Notes: generated by a model from the letters alone, not told the origin. Counted from the stretch's first letter, positions 28,877-54,218 are shown. The stretch is DNA of 64,000 bases from Macrostomum lignano (GCA_002269645.1 NIVC01000384.1:496001-560000), one strand, 5' to 3'. Program-made: numbers and translations.

Positions 28877-29429
28877 GGAGTGCACTCTGAACTGGATTAT
28901 TCGATCCGTAGTCAAGCGCAGTTCATCCGATCCAATTTTTTCTTCACTTTCTCTAACCTTTCCCTATCGCGTCTCTACTTCTTCGTCTGCAGGGACCTCC
29001 TCCCCAAATCCTGGGCGATTTAATGAGTACCGCGACCGACCGGCTTTGAATACCCTCGGGACTTCTCATCCCATCCCTTACCTAAGTACTCGGATTTCGA
29101 GATCAGTTGTCATGGACAACCGTTAAATGATCCTTTGAGCACCTGCCCTGCCCTGCTCATCCGCATAGGACTGAGAACAGCTGTCTCTGTGCGATCGCAT
29201 TTCTGACCTTCTTTAGCAATCGAATCTGGGTCTCAGGGAGAATGGCAGTTTCCCAGGGCCGAAGTGGACGAGATTTTTTGTCAAAAGTCTTCCTTGTAGA
29301 GATGGTAGTCTACTTTGAAGCTATTGTGACACTTTATAGTCTTACATTCCATAGATTAGAAGTCTACAGATTTTGGGTTATGATGTAAGTTAAGATCTTT
29401 TTTTATTTAAAATCGATTTTTATATTATA

Positions 29430-29690
29430 ATAAAAAGTCTATGGTTTACAGCCTACTATGTGTATTTTACAGTCTAAATTATATGGTTTACAGTCTATAG
29501 TATATAAGTACAGGTGGATTTTACAGTCTATAGTCTATGATTTACAGTCTACAGCCTCTGGTTTACAGCCTACAATCTGTGATTTACAGCCTATAGTCTG
29601 GTTTACAGGCTAAAACCTATGGTTTACAGTCTTACAGTCATCATTCTATGGTTTACAGTCTACAATCTATGGCTTATAGTCTAATAGCTA
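29430..29690. repeat. Degenerate short tandem array (tatggtttacagtc-like)
   Basis: tttacagtcta / ctatggtttacag motifs recur. Confidence 0.7.
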
Positions 29691-30824
29691 GTCTATGAGT
29701 GTGTTGTCAAAAATAAATAGAAAACAGTTTTTAATAATTACGAGGCAGTTTATAGCCTAAAGACATTTTTTATCATCCAAATTTGGTAGCTGAAAGTCTA
29801 TAAATATCCAAAATCTAAATTTACATCTCGGCTTCATCCGTGATATTATCGAGCATTAATATATCTCCTATAATAAATGGATAATCCTGCTTGCAACTGG
29901 ACAAAGCGACATGAATAGGCGAGCACAGTTATGGCTTATGTTATCATCACTAGCTGCTCGTATTTGCGCACTGTAGAATTAAAAATAAATTTGCAGTTCC
30001 AAGAGCCAGTCAAAGGGACGCCCTTTTTTCAAGACAAAGAAGCGACTCTCCCAGGACTGGAACTGTGTGTTCGGCCAATGTCGCCTTCTACCGATGTGCA
30101 ATTAGGCAGAAAGACTCGCTCTAGAGTGACACGAAAGATAAGAAAAAGAAGAAAGACTCAAAAAAGACTGGCCGGCTGGCTACTTGGGGACACGGAGAGG
30201 AATTGCATCGCCCCTCTCCCTTCGTTTCTGCCTCACCCAGCTCACATGATTGGGATATTTTTAGCGCACATCCTGTGTGTGTCCCCCTAACTCGGCCCCA
30301 AGTTCGAATTCTCTTCTCTTCATATCACGCCCGCTACTCGGGTCAACCCATGCCAAGGAGATCTTAAAGGGACCGTCTGGATTACAGATCGTCAGGGTTG
30401 TACATTTGCTGTGACCTATAGGTTTGAAATCTGTGTACTTTTGCACTACAGTTGGAGACGTTACTACAGAGCTAGTCTGTCACTGTTTAGAACGCAGGAA
30501 AATGATCAATTTACTGGCAAAGGATCAATTCTTAGAAGTCTTGGAAGTTGAGTAATCAATGAAATTTCACACTTTGCGTGCTTCTTACTAGAGTTTCAAG
30601 CTCAAGGGGAAGTTTCCAACCCGAATTCTGTAGTCTAGAGATACCCTCAGTTCACCTCAAGGCCAAGGTCCAAGCCAAGCATCCCGTCTTCGTGCCAAAA
30701 AAATTGAAGCCGAACTCAGATTAACCCGCTGCTCAGACTCCTGCTGATTCCTCATCCTTCTCTGCATCCCCATCTTTCTATCTTGCAGCCAATCGGAAGC
30801 GGCTGATCAAGCGGGTGTGCAAGG

Positions 30825-30826
30825 AA

Positions 30827-30867
<41 letters not shown>

Positions 30868-30882
30868 GAGAGGCTATAAACT
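30825..30882 (+). promoter_or_regulatory. Candidate core promoter: (GA)n tract followed by TATAAA, about 70 bp upstream of the ATG at 30946
   Basis: agagagag...gaggctataaac. Supported by position only. Confidence 0.4.
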
Positions 30883-30945
30883 CGGCAGAGTCCCCATCCG
30901 CCGCCAGTTTTCACTGACGCAGCCAAGTGATTCACAAACCACCGG

Positions 30946-31986
30946 ATGTCCGGGCATCGACTCTGCCGCGGCTGCCTGAGCGGTCGCAGAAGGAAGAACC
31001 GAGACGCCTGTCTGGCGTCACTGCTGGCCTCTTCGCTGCTTGCGCTGGGCATCGGCGCAGCGCTGTGGGTCCTGGGCTCGGCGCAGAGCTCGCTGTCTCA
31101 AGTCGGCGTCGGCATCGCCCTGACGGTCTGCGGCTGCCTGATGGCGGGCACCGCGGCGAGCCTCCTCATCGTCACTCGCTGTTGCTTCAGCGATCAGGTT
31201 CGGGGACAAGCTGATGGCGCCGAAAACAATGACTGTTTTGACTGCGACTGCTGCCTGCAGAGGCGCTGGACAAAAAAATCCACCGGTAGAGTTGGCGACC
31301 TCGCCGAAAGCGCAGCAACCGGCAACGGAAACGGTTCGGGCCGAGTGCGCATCACGGTGACTCGTAGCCGGTCGGAGGAGCGTCTGGACCAGAGCATCGA
31401 GGACGCCATTCTCCGCCTACACATGTCACGTCCGCGAAAATCCTCGTTGAAGGTCTCGACAGGCGGCAGCGAATCTCCGCTGTCTCGTGGCTCCGAGGAC
31501 ATCAGCCAGCTGCGCCAGCAGCAGCAGCAGCAGCGGAATCATGTCCGATTCAGCGACTCTGACGAGATGTCACCAACTTCGGAGGTGCGACAGAACATTA
31601 GTCTGTCGTCGCGAAGGTCGTCAGCTGAGGACAACGACTCTGTGTTCATCGTCGAGACCGACGGCAACTGCTTGCCCTCGCATCCAGCTGCGAACGCTCC
31701 CTCAGTGGCGGCGACGGCGGTGAAAAACGTCCAGTCTGAGGTGGAGCAGATGGAGATCAACGCCGAGGAGCTGCTGCGTCGGTCTCGAACCGTTTCTGTC
31801 AAGACGGCCAAGTCAATGTCCCTCCCCGAGCCGGTGTCCGACCGGCGCCAGGACAGGAAAAAGAAGAAGAAAAAGCAGCAGCGCAAGGAGAAGCAGCAGC
31901 AGCAGCAGCAGCAGCTCAGTGATTCTTCGATTGCAAACGCGTTGACAGCTAAGAAAACCAGCAGCGTTGAGTCCGAGAACTCTTAA
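30946..31986 (+). CDS. Intronless orphan membrane protein, 346 aa, with two N-terminal hydrophobic helices and a long disordered tail
   Basis: Long GC-rich non-repeat ORF. Hydrophobic segments are CLASLLASSLLALGIGAALWVLG and VGVGIALTVCGCLMAGTAASLLIV. Cys clusters follow, and the tail has polyQ/polyK runs. Confidence 0.75.
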   Translation: MSGHRLCRGCLSGRRRKNRDACLASLLASSLLALGIGAALWVLGSAQSSLSQVGVGIALTVCGCLMAGTAASLLIVTRCCFSDQVRGQADGAENNDCFDCDCCLQRRWTKKSTGRVGDLAESAATGNGNGSGRVRITVTRSRSEERLDQSIEDAILRLHMSRPRKSSLKVSTGGSESPLSRGSEDISQLRQQQQQQRNHVRFSDSDEMSPTSEVRQNISLSSRRSSAEDNDSVFIVETDGNCLPSHPAANAPSVAATAVKNVQSEVEQMEINAEELLRRSRTVSVKTAKSMSLPEPVSDRRQDRKKKKKKQQRKEKQQQQQQQLSDSSIANALTAKKTSSVESENS

Positions 31987-32981
31987 GCGTATGAATTATC
32001 GGGTGTTTCCCCTCGCTTCTGTTTCATACACTGGGGAACTGGAATTTACACGCGGAGACTTCACACCTTGAATGCAAATTGCACTACTGTAAAAGCCTTT
32101 CTGTTGCACAGCACTTCTGGTAACCAAAGTAATGCTGCCTTATTGTACTCGCGCATGTATTCTCTTCCTAAGGTATGCAATTTGTCTATCTGTTCTTGCT
32201 TTATGCTTTACAGTGTATAACTCAGAAGTGTAAATAAATGCAGATTTTTAAATAGTTAAATCAATGAGAAGCACTTCAGAATGCAATTCAGGAGAAGTAC
32301 ATACTGCTCAACCAACAGGTGTCGCAGAAATTCTATCTTTGTAACTGCAAATGGCCAACAGAACTAACAGCATGAGTTTGTGTTGGCCATGCCGATTGCA
32401 TCCCTTCCATGCAGTCTCCCTCTGTAATAATCGTCGCACTTCTCAAAGACAAGCTGTGTGCACCTTAGCGCACTTTAAGCGACATTGTCACACAAATGGC
32501 GAGAGGCATTGCTGCCCATTCTGCCCGACTCCCCTGACACACGCGCGGATTACGTACAAAGACATACGCGCAGGCCACACAGGAGTACATAGCGAATGTT
32601 CTGCGCCCTGTATCACACTGTATACAGGCAGGTAAACAATTAGCAACCAAGGATCAGGCATTGTACATTGTCCAGAAGTATTAGCATCGCTATTCGTTAT
32701 GGTAATTAGAAGCTCCTCAATCTATTGAGTCTGCAGTCTTCTGGAGCAGCTGATTGTGAGAAATAGAAGTTAATTAACTCGAATTTCGAGATGCTGATGC
32801 CTGCTCCTGATTGGGAATGGGGAACTCTTAGCAGAGGCCATCTCCAGGGTCTTTTAACTTTTGGGATTTTTTGGCTAGTTTGCGTTTTCGTTCGCATGGC
32901 TGATTCCTAACTAGAGTAGCCGCTAGGCTGGGCTGTATTATGCACATGAATGTGCGCATGAAATGAGTAAGTTATTTAGTG

Positions 32982-33310
32982 CTCATGCGTGAGTTCATGC
33001 GTGAGTTCATGCGTGAGTTCATGAGTGAGTTAATGAGTGAGTTCATGAGGGATGAGTTAATGAGTGAGTTCATGAGTGAGTTCATGTGTGAGTTCATGAG
33101 TGAGTTAATGAGTGAGTTCATGTGTGAGTTAATGTGTGAGTTAATGAGTGAGTTAATGAGGGGTGAGTTAATGAGTGAGTTCATGTGTGAGTTAATGTGT
33201 GAGTTAATGAGTGAGTTAATGAGGGGTGAGTTAATGAGTGAGTTCATGAGTGAGTTTATGTGTGAGTTCATGAGTGAGTTCATTATTGAGATTATGAGTG
33301 AGTTCATAAG
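32982..33310. repeat. 12-bp minisatellite atgagtgagtt(a/c)
   Basis: Directly visible. Confidence 0.95.
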
Positions 33311-33849
33311 TGCGTTTGTGAATTTAAGAGCGAATTCATGAATGTGTTCTTGATTTTGTTGAAGTGGCACTAAACAAAAAATTCTAATCGATCAATCAAT
33401 CCATGCGTGATTAACAAGCATCTATTAATAAGATGAGACAGAAACAAAGAAATATGGGCCACCACCCAGTAGCCAACTCCTTTTGTTCCGAAAATAAATG
33501 TCCTGATTTGGAATAGCACAGCGCAGTGCACGAAGATATGGCTAAGAGCCGCTGACTGAGTTGTCCTGCATGAAGAGCTTGCGAATAAGTCTCAAGGCTA
33601 ATCCCATCTAATCCCTTTGCCATTCTTCCACGAGATGGGGGCAAAGCTTTCAATACTCTTTAATCGCGACTTTGTTTCGAATTTGATCCTGCTGCCGATG
33701 CTGCTGGGCTCGGGCAGCCCGACTGACATGCGATATGCGGGGCTGGGTGCACCGGGGCCTGACTTCGCTTCCATCAGGATGGGAGTCAAACGTGACTCCA
33801 GAGCCGTCTCAGTCGGCGTGTGATTGCGGCAGCTGCCGTCGAGAAGAAT

Positions 33850-44955
<11,106 letters not shown>

Positions 44956-46364
44956 TTTCAGGATCGGTGTGCTTCACAGCTTTTAGAAAATTTGACTAGC
45001 AATTTACGATTTCCAATAGATTTTTGCTTGCTGTACTATATATGAATGAAGCTTTGACCCAAATTAAAAATGATAAAAGCACGCGCTTTAAAATTAGGTG
45101 GTTACACTAGATTTACACGTTAAAACAAAAAGAGCTATTTTGAAAACGTATGCTGATAAACCTATGAAAAATTTAAAAAAATAATTTAGTTTTAATTTAT
45201 CTATGCAAAAAAAATTCAGACAGTATGTAACGATTCGAACATATGGTGCGTTCGAGTAGCTTTTTACTGGCTTATGATTATTATTAATTGATTAATAGCA
45301 ATCGTATTTTACAAGCATACAAACCTTAGAGATTTAGTATATTTGGATGTTTATGAACTGTCGATAATTTGTTTCATGTTAAATAATCACAGTAACACGT
45401 GACTATATATATATATATATATCGCATCGCACAGATTTAAATTTGCTGAGTTTTTTACGTTTTCCTAAAGATCGAAGTTTTAATGAGCATCCTTGCGGCT
45501 TCCTCGGAGGTATAGTATAAAAGGACGCAATACTCGCAAAGGACGACAAAACATTTGAAGTCTGATTTGTCAGTTTTTATCTTTGACTTTGCATTTTTTG
45601 ACCCATATAGTTTTTTTCGCTGGATTGACCAATAGATTGTCATGCCAGAATTTATTCCGCTTTATATGTTGGCTAATATGGCACTTTTACAACAAGGTAT
45701 GTATGAACTGCATACATAGCATAAACTGCTTATGATTCAGCAATGCAGTTTTAATATATCTGATAAATTCTGATTAAAAAAGGGATCAATTAATGTTTAA
45801 GTATTACAGTATTACAGTTTTTATGATACAAGCACACATGTAATAACATTTCTCATGTAAACAATACGATCTATTGAGGTTACATTATTAGGTGCACCGC
45901 TATTGATAACTTCTGTATTCTGTGGTCTAAGTGCAGTGCAGCGGCATGGGCTTTGACCGATAAAATTGAAAATGTTTAATTTCTAACCTGAAGCGCAAAG
46001 CCTTCTATAGAAAAAGTAATAAAAAGGCAGCTGTACGTGACACTGCGAGCGTACACGACTTCTGCTCCATAAAAAAGCAAAATAGGAAGCAGCAGGGAGC
46101 CGCCATGCTGCCGGAAATCAAGTTTATTGTATGCTGGAAACGCAAGCGCGATTCATCTGATGAGATGTGCGACTTGAATTGAATACAAAGGATATTTATT
46201 TGAATAGCTGTCATGTACACATGCAGTACATCTCGCAGCTGTTTCTCTCTTATCTTGTGATATCGGAAAGAAAACGCATACTGTAAAGTGTTTTCGCACT
46301 CGCAAACTTGTTTTGAGTAATAGGCTTTCCAGCATCTCAGAATCCAGATTTGAAGAGGTTTCCA

Positions 46365-47352
46365 AAGTCTAACTCAGGCGCTTCCAGAGTCTCACTCAGG
46401 CGCTTTTAGAGTCTTACTTGGGTGCTTCCAGAGTCTCACTCAGACGCTTCTAGAGTCTCACTCAGACGCTTCCAGAGTCTCAATCAGGCACTTCTAGAGT
46501 CTCACTCAGGCACTTTCAGTGTCTCACTCAAGCGCTTCCAGAGTCTCACTCAGGCACTTTCAGTGTCTCACTCAAGCGCTTCCAGAGTCTCACTCAGGCA
46601 CTTTCAGTGTCTCACTCAAGCGCTTCCAGAGTCTCACTCAGGCGCTTCCAGAGTCTCACTCAGGCACTTTCAGTGTCTCACTCAAGCGCTTCTAGAGTCT
46701 CACTCAGGCACTTTCAGTGTCTCACTCAAGCGCTTCCAGAGTCTCACTCAGGCGCTTCCAGAGTCTCACTCAGGCACTTTCAGTGTCTCACTCAGGCGCT
46801 TCCAGAGTCTCACTCAGGCACTTTCAGTGTCTCACTCAAGCGCTTCTAGAGTCTCACTCAGGCACTTCCAGAGTCTCACTCAGGCGCTTCCAGAGTCTCA
46901 ATCAGGCACTTCTAGAGTCTCACTCAGGCGCTTCCAGAGTCTTACTTGGGTGCTTCCAGAGTCTCACTCAGGCGCTTCCAGAGTCTCACTCAGACGCTTC
47001 TAGAGTCTCACTGAGGCGCTTCCAGAGTCTCACTCAGGCGCTTCCAGAGTCTCACTCAGGCACATTTTAGAGTCTTACTCAGGCGCTTCCAGAGTCTCAC
47101 CCAGACGCTTCCAGAGTCTCACTCAGGCGCTTCCAGAGTCTCACTCAGGCGCTTCCAGAGTCTCACTCAGACGCTTCCAGAGTCTCACTCAGACGCTTCC
47201 AGAGTCTTACTTGGGTGCTTCCAGAGTCTCACTCAGGCGCTTCTAGAGTCTCACTCAGGCGCTTCTAGAGTCTCACTCAAGCGCTTCCAGAGTCTCACTC
47301 AGGCGCTTCCAGAGTCTTACTCAGGCACTTTTTAGAGTCTTACTCAGGCGCT
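46365..47352. repeat. 22-bp minisatellite aggcgcttccagagtctcactc
   Basis: Directly visible. Confidence 0.97.
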
Positions 47353-47529
47353 TACGATGTAATTTGCGCTTACAGTTTTACAAAAAAACTGTGATTTCTC
47401 AACGCCAAAAGTGACAGAAAAATTTAGAGCTGCAAAAGTCGGGCATAAAACTAAAACAATTAGCAAGCACTACTAGAAACGGCCAATTAAAGCGTCTTAA
47501 GTTCTTAAAAAAGTACATTTTTAAGATTT

Positions 47530-48295
47530 CAACACTCAGTTTTCCAAGCACAGTATCCAGTCTCCCTTGAAATCGTCTCCTTCGTTGATGAAATTGAGAG
47601 GCCTGAGATCAGTCTGAGCAGACAGTCTAGCCCGCCAGAGCAGTCACTCAAATCTCTTTTGCGCGAAGGTTGCATAGAAACGAAAAAAAAGTTGGAAATT
47701 CTCCCCAGCAAGCCGGCAGAGGGACGGGAAGCCGCGCTGGCTTCGTACAAATTTGGAAGCTCCAGTCAGGCGGTTGCTACTCCCAGCTCAAGTCCTTCCC
47801 TCCTTTTTGCCTCGCTCCCTTCCTCCTTGTCCTCAGGTGTGTCCCCACCTTCAGCAGCAGTTGCTATCTGATGCCCCCCACTGAGTATTTGCGTGCGGGG
47901 AAGAGGCAGCCAGGAGGTCCGTAACTATTCACGCCGTCCTGCCATAGCAACACCTCCCATGAGTCTGTCCGCCTCTCCCAGCTCAGCTCCACTCCTCACC
48001 CGCCTCTTGCCTCTCTATTTTGTTGCAAAATGGAATTCTCTGCATGGACAGACAGGCTAGTCAAGGATAGCTAACAAGCTAGACATCTGGAATAGAAACT
48101 TTTCTGCGTGGTTTCCGGTATATCATCTTCATTGGAAACTCTCCACAATACCTTTTTTGCATTTAATTTGATGTCTTCGCTATCAAGTTGGTTTATTTCA
48201 CGGACATCAAACTCCAAACCATCAGACACGCATGTCTTCACTGTCCTCTCTCTGTCCACCAGACTGATTTTAGCGCATGGTCCTCTCTGCGCCAT
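47530..48295 (-). mobile_element. Possible degenerate hAT transposase C-terminal remnant
   Basis: Fragments KSFYSRCLAC and PNLYEASAAS..RISNFF...RKRDLS...LDCLLRL loosely resemble the hAT pre-dimerization and dimerization regions. The frames are broken. Confidence 0.3.
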
Positions 48296-48490
48296 TCTTT
48301 ATTTTAGTCATGCCTTCATTTCTTTCTGCTGTCTAAGGCTTTCTGTGGTACCAATTTGAATGAAGAAAAAAGCAAAATAGGTCCACACAAAAAGTATTTT
48401 GCAGTACCACAGTACCGCTCTGGGCCAAAGACAAAAAAGCCTCTCTCACAAACTGCAAGCCAAGCCAGCTGTTTACGGTTCTTCTCTCAG

Positions 48491-49015
48491 GGGGGTCTTT
48501 CTCGAAAGCAACTTACGATCGACCATAGACGTAAGTTGGGTAAGCTACACTTACGGGTTGCTCGAAGGGCTCGCAAGTTAGCTATGCGTAAGATTGATCG
48601 CAACTTTACGAGTTCGTAACTTTGCGCAAAAGACTGTTTCTCGAAACGTTCGTATGTCTATGGTCTTTCGTAAGGTTGATCTTAACCCTACGACTGCTCG
48701 GTATCAGTCGTAAGACGCACTTGAGCACTAATCGCATAGTACGTGAAGCTTTAGTCAAGCCAAGTCAAGTTAAACTTTATCGAAGGTGGGTCTTTCTCGA
48801 AAGCAACTTACGATAGACTAAGTAAAGATATTTGCAGATTTATGACCATAGACATGCAACTTTTCGTTTCAGATACGACTTACGAACAGCGTAAGCCACG
48901 CAAAGTCTAAGTGAGTTTTGAGAAAGCGTCTTAGAGCAAACTTACGCTACACGTAAATTTCTTTCTTACGATCTAACTTACCATAGAACTTACGTGAGTT
49001 TCGAGAAACACCCCC
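48491..49015. mobile_element. MITE, probably PIF/Harbinger-like
   Basis: TIR ggggtctttctcgaaa / tttcgagaaacacccc(c), flanked by cag on both sides (possible 3-bp TSD). Internal ttacg and ccatagac motifs repeat, and the left end is duplicated at ~48788. Confidence 0.65.
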
Positions 49016-49678
49016 CAGGTCAGATTAAAAGACAATAAAGTAGAGAATTTCGAACCACATAGATTTCATTTCTACCAGTGCCGATTTTTAATGAGACATG
49101 TTTACAGCGAGGCAGATGTTTCACACAGACAAGCCGCAGAAAGCCATAGACCATAGAAAGCCAAAGCCATAGTTTCCAGCTGCAAGCAATTCGGGCCAAC
49201 AGCTGGTGGACTGAGGACAGTGAATGCATTGGTGACCGGTTTTTGGAGTTTGATGTCCGTGTAATAAACCACATTAATAAACCAAACCAAAAACCAAATA
49301 AACCAAAACCAAATTGGAAGCAGTAAAAACTTGAGTTGGTCTAACTCCAGATCTTACAGTTTTAGATCGCCTTGGCCTATCCAATCGGACTTGGCTGCTC
49401 AAGCTGCAATATTTCTAACGGGACATAACTTCACGCAGCTCAGTGAGCCTCCATTTGAACCGGCAGCAGCAGCGCTGGGAACAGTTCCCAGTTCCGCCCC
49501 GGCATCGCGCCTCTTCCGGCAACCTGAGCCCCCCCCCTGAAGCTGAGGAGCCACTTCAGTCCGTCTCAGATTGCAGCTAAGCATAATCCGTTCCAATCAA
49601 TAATTGATTTCCGCTGGTGCGCTAAGCACGCACTCTCTATCTATCTACTGAGATTCTCTGCTATTTAAACAAGCAATT

Positions 49679-50914
<1,236 letters not shown>

Positions 50915-50920
<6 letters not shown>

Positions 50921-51372
50921 TCTGCTGATGATGGGATCTGCTGATGATGGGATCTGCTGATGATGGGATCTGCTGATGATGGGATCTGCTGATGATGGGA
51001 TCTGCTGATGATGGGATCTGCTGATGATGGGATCTGCTGATGATGGGATCTGCTGATGATGGGATCTGCTGATGATGGGATCTGCTGATGATGGGATCTG
51101 CTGATGATGGGATCTGCTGATGATGTGATCTGCTGATGATGGGATCTGCTGATGATGGGATCTGCTGATGATGGGATCTGCTGATGATGGGATCTGCTGA
51201 TGATGGGATCTAGCTGATGATGGGATCTGCTGATGATGGGATCTGCTGATGATGGGATCTGCTGATGATGTGATCTGCTGATGATGGGATCTGCTGATGA
51301 TGGGATCTGCTGATGATGGGATCTGCTGATGATGGGATCTGCTGATGATGGGATCTGATGATGAAGCGATCT
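50915..51372. repeat. 16-bp minisatellite gatctgctgatgatgg starting at the stop codon
   Basis: Directly visible. Confidence 0.97.
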
Positions 51373-51967
51373 GCTATCTATTTATCCAAAGTTTTTCTCA
51401 TATTTCTGTTGTAAATTCGTTTCATTAGTTCTGTTTTCTGGGGTTGGAACTTTACCTCAAGCGACAATGACAGGCATGTAGTGTTAGATTCCTAAATGAT
51501 TCTTACGACATTGAAAAATTTAAACATTGCTTCACTTTTTCGCGTTACTTCAAGTAGTAAGCAGCGACAGATCTTCAAAAGCGGATTGAGATCTCGTGTT
51601 TGTCTATAGCTTCTTCATGGTTTTAAGAAATATACTACTTTTCTAGTAAAAAATGTTATACCACTTTTAAAAAACCACTGCTGTAATTTTCGTCGTTAAG
51701 GTGTTCACAGACACACCGGATGCTCGTTAAAACGTCTCCGAAACGACTCTTCGATTTTTCGATTCTTCGAGCCGTTACTAATTACAGTGGATCTTCATCA
51801 AGCCATAAAAACGCTTCAAATGGTCGCCAAGCCATCACCAACATTTCAGATGTTCTTCAAGCCGTCACCAGCACTCCAGGTGTTCTTCAAGCCGTCACCA
51901 ACACTCCAGATATCCTAACACATAATATGTATGTTCGCGATTCCATTATTGGCCTCAGAACATGGTT

Positions 51968-53525
51968 CTAAAGCTGCGTGCTGACCAGGACTCTCCTGGA
52001 CACAGATCGGCACCGGTCAAAGGCAGCGGTCGCAATGTTGTTGTTCAGCGCGGCCGTGGCTCGCTGCTGTGGCGTCGTCGGTCTCAGACAGCCGACAAGC
52101 TGCCTGCGGAAGGCCGAACTGCGATAGGCCAGCAGCAACCAGTTAGCACAGAGCTGGCAGACGATGACAGTCTCGCAGAAGTGGCACAGATGCGCCATCA
52201 ACTTCAGCATATTCGGCTCCGTAGCTGGATTGGCTGCCATGGCTTCTACAAGGGTTACAACAGCGAGGCAGGGCAGCGAACTAGCTAGGAGGGCTCCGGA
52301 CAAGGCTAGGCACAGTGTGCAGCTTCTCAGGCTGCCGTTCAGAGCCACAGGCGACACCGAGGTGCCTCTGATGTTCGATTCGGAGCCTAGCTCGGCGGCG
52401 AGCCTCTGACGACGGTGCTGCCGAATGAGGAGCACCCGGCGCAGCAGGGCCGCATTGGCCGCCAGGATGACCAACACGATCGCAGCCGGAGGGAAGTTCA
52501 AGCCAAAGCCCAGCAGGAGGTTCAGAGCCCTGCTAGGCGAGTTGGCCGTCTTCGAGCAGGCGATTCGCCCCGCCACCGTTGACCAGCCAGCCCTGATCGG
52601 CGCGTGCGTTGCTATGGCAACAGTTGTTAAGCTGACGTAGCAGCAGACTCGAACGGCGGCGCGTCGGCCTCGAGTGTAAAGTTGAAAGGGCCGGTGCATG
52701 GCCAGGACCCGATCGCAGCACATGGCGGCGAACAAGGCGTAGGCGGTCAGGCTGGTCCAGGCCTGCAGGAACTGGTCCACGCGGCAGGCCAAGTCGGAAG
52801 CGTTCCCAACGATCCAACCGGCCGAGCCGTTGGTGAGCCAGGGCAGGCCGCAGGGCAGGAGGAAGTGAAACACGCCGAACACGACGCCGACTGAGCAGTT
52901 TGCGGCGGAGATGGCGCTGAGGTAGACAATCTGGCGGGACCTGCGCAGGCGGTAGTTAAACGGCTTTCTTGAGCTACTCTGGTCTGGTAAACACATTTCT
53001 TTGATCGAGAGTTCTTGAAATGGAAATATACGAGTAATTTTGATAAGAAGATGCAAATAACCTACACTAGGATTGTGTTATTAAGACAATCGGAGTACAA
53101 ACGGATCGAATGTTGTGTCGATTGCCTCTCACAAACAGACAGAAGAAAATGGTAAATGCACTAAAGGAGGAAACTTCATTGACTTGTGAAGGGCCATTCT
53201 TAATTGATATGTGTCATCACTGAGCACACCCTCCTTACTAGACATCTCAACAGGTTGATGCAAATAGACTACCAGCAGAGCTTTCTAACCTAGAATCCTT
53301 CACGACTCTAACCAGCAGCAGTCTGGTTGCTAGCGCGTTGCCAGGCAGGCCCAGGAGCAGAAAGCCGATCAGAGGAACGCCGGCCAGGATACCCAGAGCA
53401 GATGCGGCCACGCAGAGCATTTGCCCGCTGCTGCTCGATACGGAAGAGTCACAGTCTCTTAACAGCGATTGAAGCGTTCTCAGAAATCTGCCACCGGACT
53501 CAACGCTGTCACTCGAATCGTTCAT
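51968..53525 (-). CDS. Atypical rhodopsin-like (class A) GPCR 1, 402 aa; exons 53525-53290 and 52940-51968
   Basis: Seven hydrophobic segments: TM1 LGLPGNAL, TM2 YLSAISAAN, TM3 C...AMCCDRVLAMHRPF, TM5 GFGLNFPP, TM6 SSLP, TM7 ANWLLL, helix 8 SSAFRR. The phase-2 junction AG|GTTAGA...cgcag|G restores a loop matching the paralog. Confidence 0.85.
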
Positions 53526-54179
53526 GACTTGTGAAAGAAACTTCTTGTAGATTTCAGTCTTAGACTTAGGCTTTTAAGGGCTGCTATTTAAATACATGTT
53601 CTGTTGTGACGTTGAAGCCCAAGCTTCTGGGAAAACTTCCACCCACCTGTTTCGATGTTTTGCTTCAAGAGCTTTAAGACTCTTTGATGTCAGCTGTAAT
53701 GAAGGTTTGAATTGGAAAAGCAATTAGCAAATGAGTTTTAATCAAAGCGCGAGATCCGGTCCGACTGTTTGAAGTCAAAGTTGATTTGCTGCTCAAAAAG
53801 AGCCCGTTAGCACGGGTAGCTCTGAAATCGAATTTCAAATGACACAATGATGCTAACACAAAACAAGACCTTAGACGTAACTGGAAATTGGTTTCAGTTA
53901 CTACCTCGCTGTGACATTCCGTCATACAACGTATGTACGGTAAGAAAGAAGTCAATACTGAGGTTTTCTCCAGAAAGAGCTCAGCCCAGAGCTGAACAAT
54001 AAACAACAAAATTAGGAGCTGTTTGCGCGTCTATTTGTAGTAGATCAACCTGGGGTGGTCGCGTGAAAAATGCACCAAATTTCACACTCACGTGTTGGGA
54101 TTCTGTACGGATTCTGCATGCGTGCAAACAAATGAAAACTTTATATTTAATAGTCAAAATCATACACATCGATATTCTT

Positions 54180-54218
54180 GGCCTGACAAAGAGCCCAGAG
54201 GCTCAAAACCAGTAGCCT
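54180..54218 (+). ncRNA. Minimal type I hammerhead ribozyme motif, decayed copy 2
   Basis: GGC-CUGACAA-A-GAGCC CAGA GGCUC-AAAA-CCAG-UA-GCC. Helix I (GGC/GCC) and helix II are intact. The three core differences from consensus are all CpG->CpA. Confidence 0.55.

Noticed and set aside
32351-32635. Cys/His-rich 94-aa ORF resembling a RING finger
   Set aside because: Ligand spacing does not fit RING, and there is no splice or codon support.
33598-33823. GC-rich short ORFs on both strands next to the LRRIQ3 end
   Set aside because: They cannot be joined in phase to exon 7. They are treated as 3' UTR or an uncertain alternative last exon.
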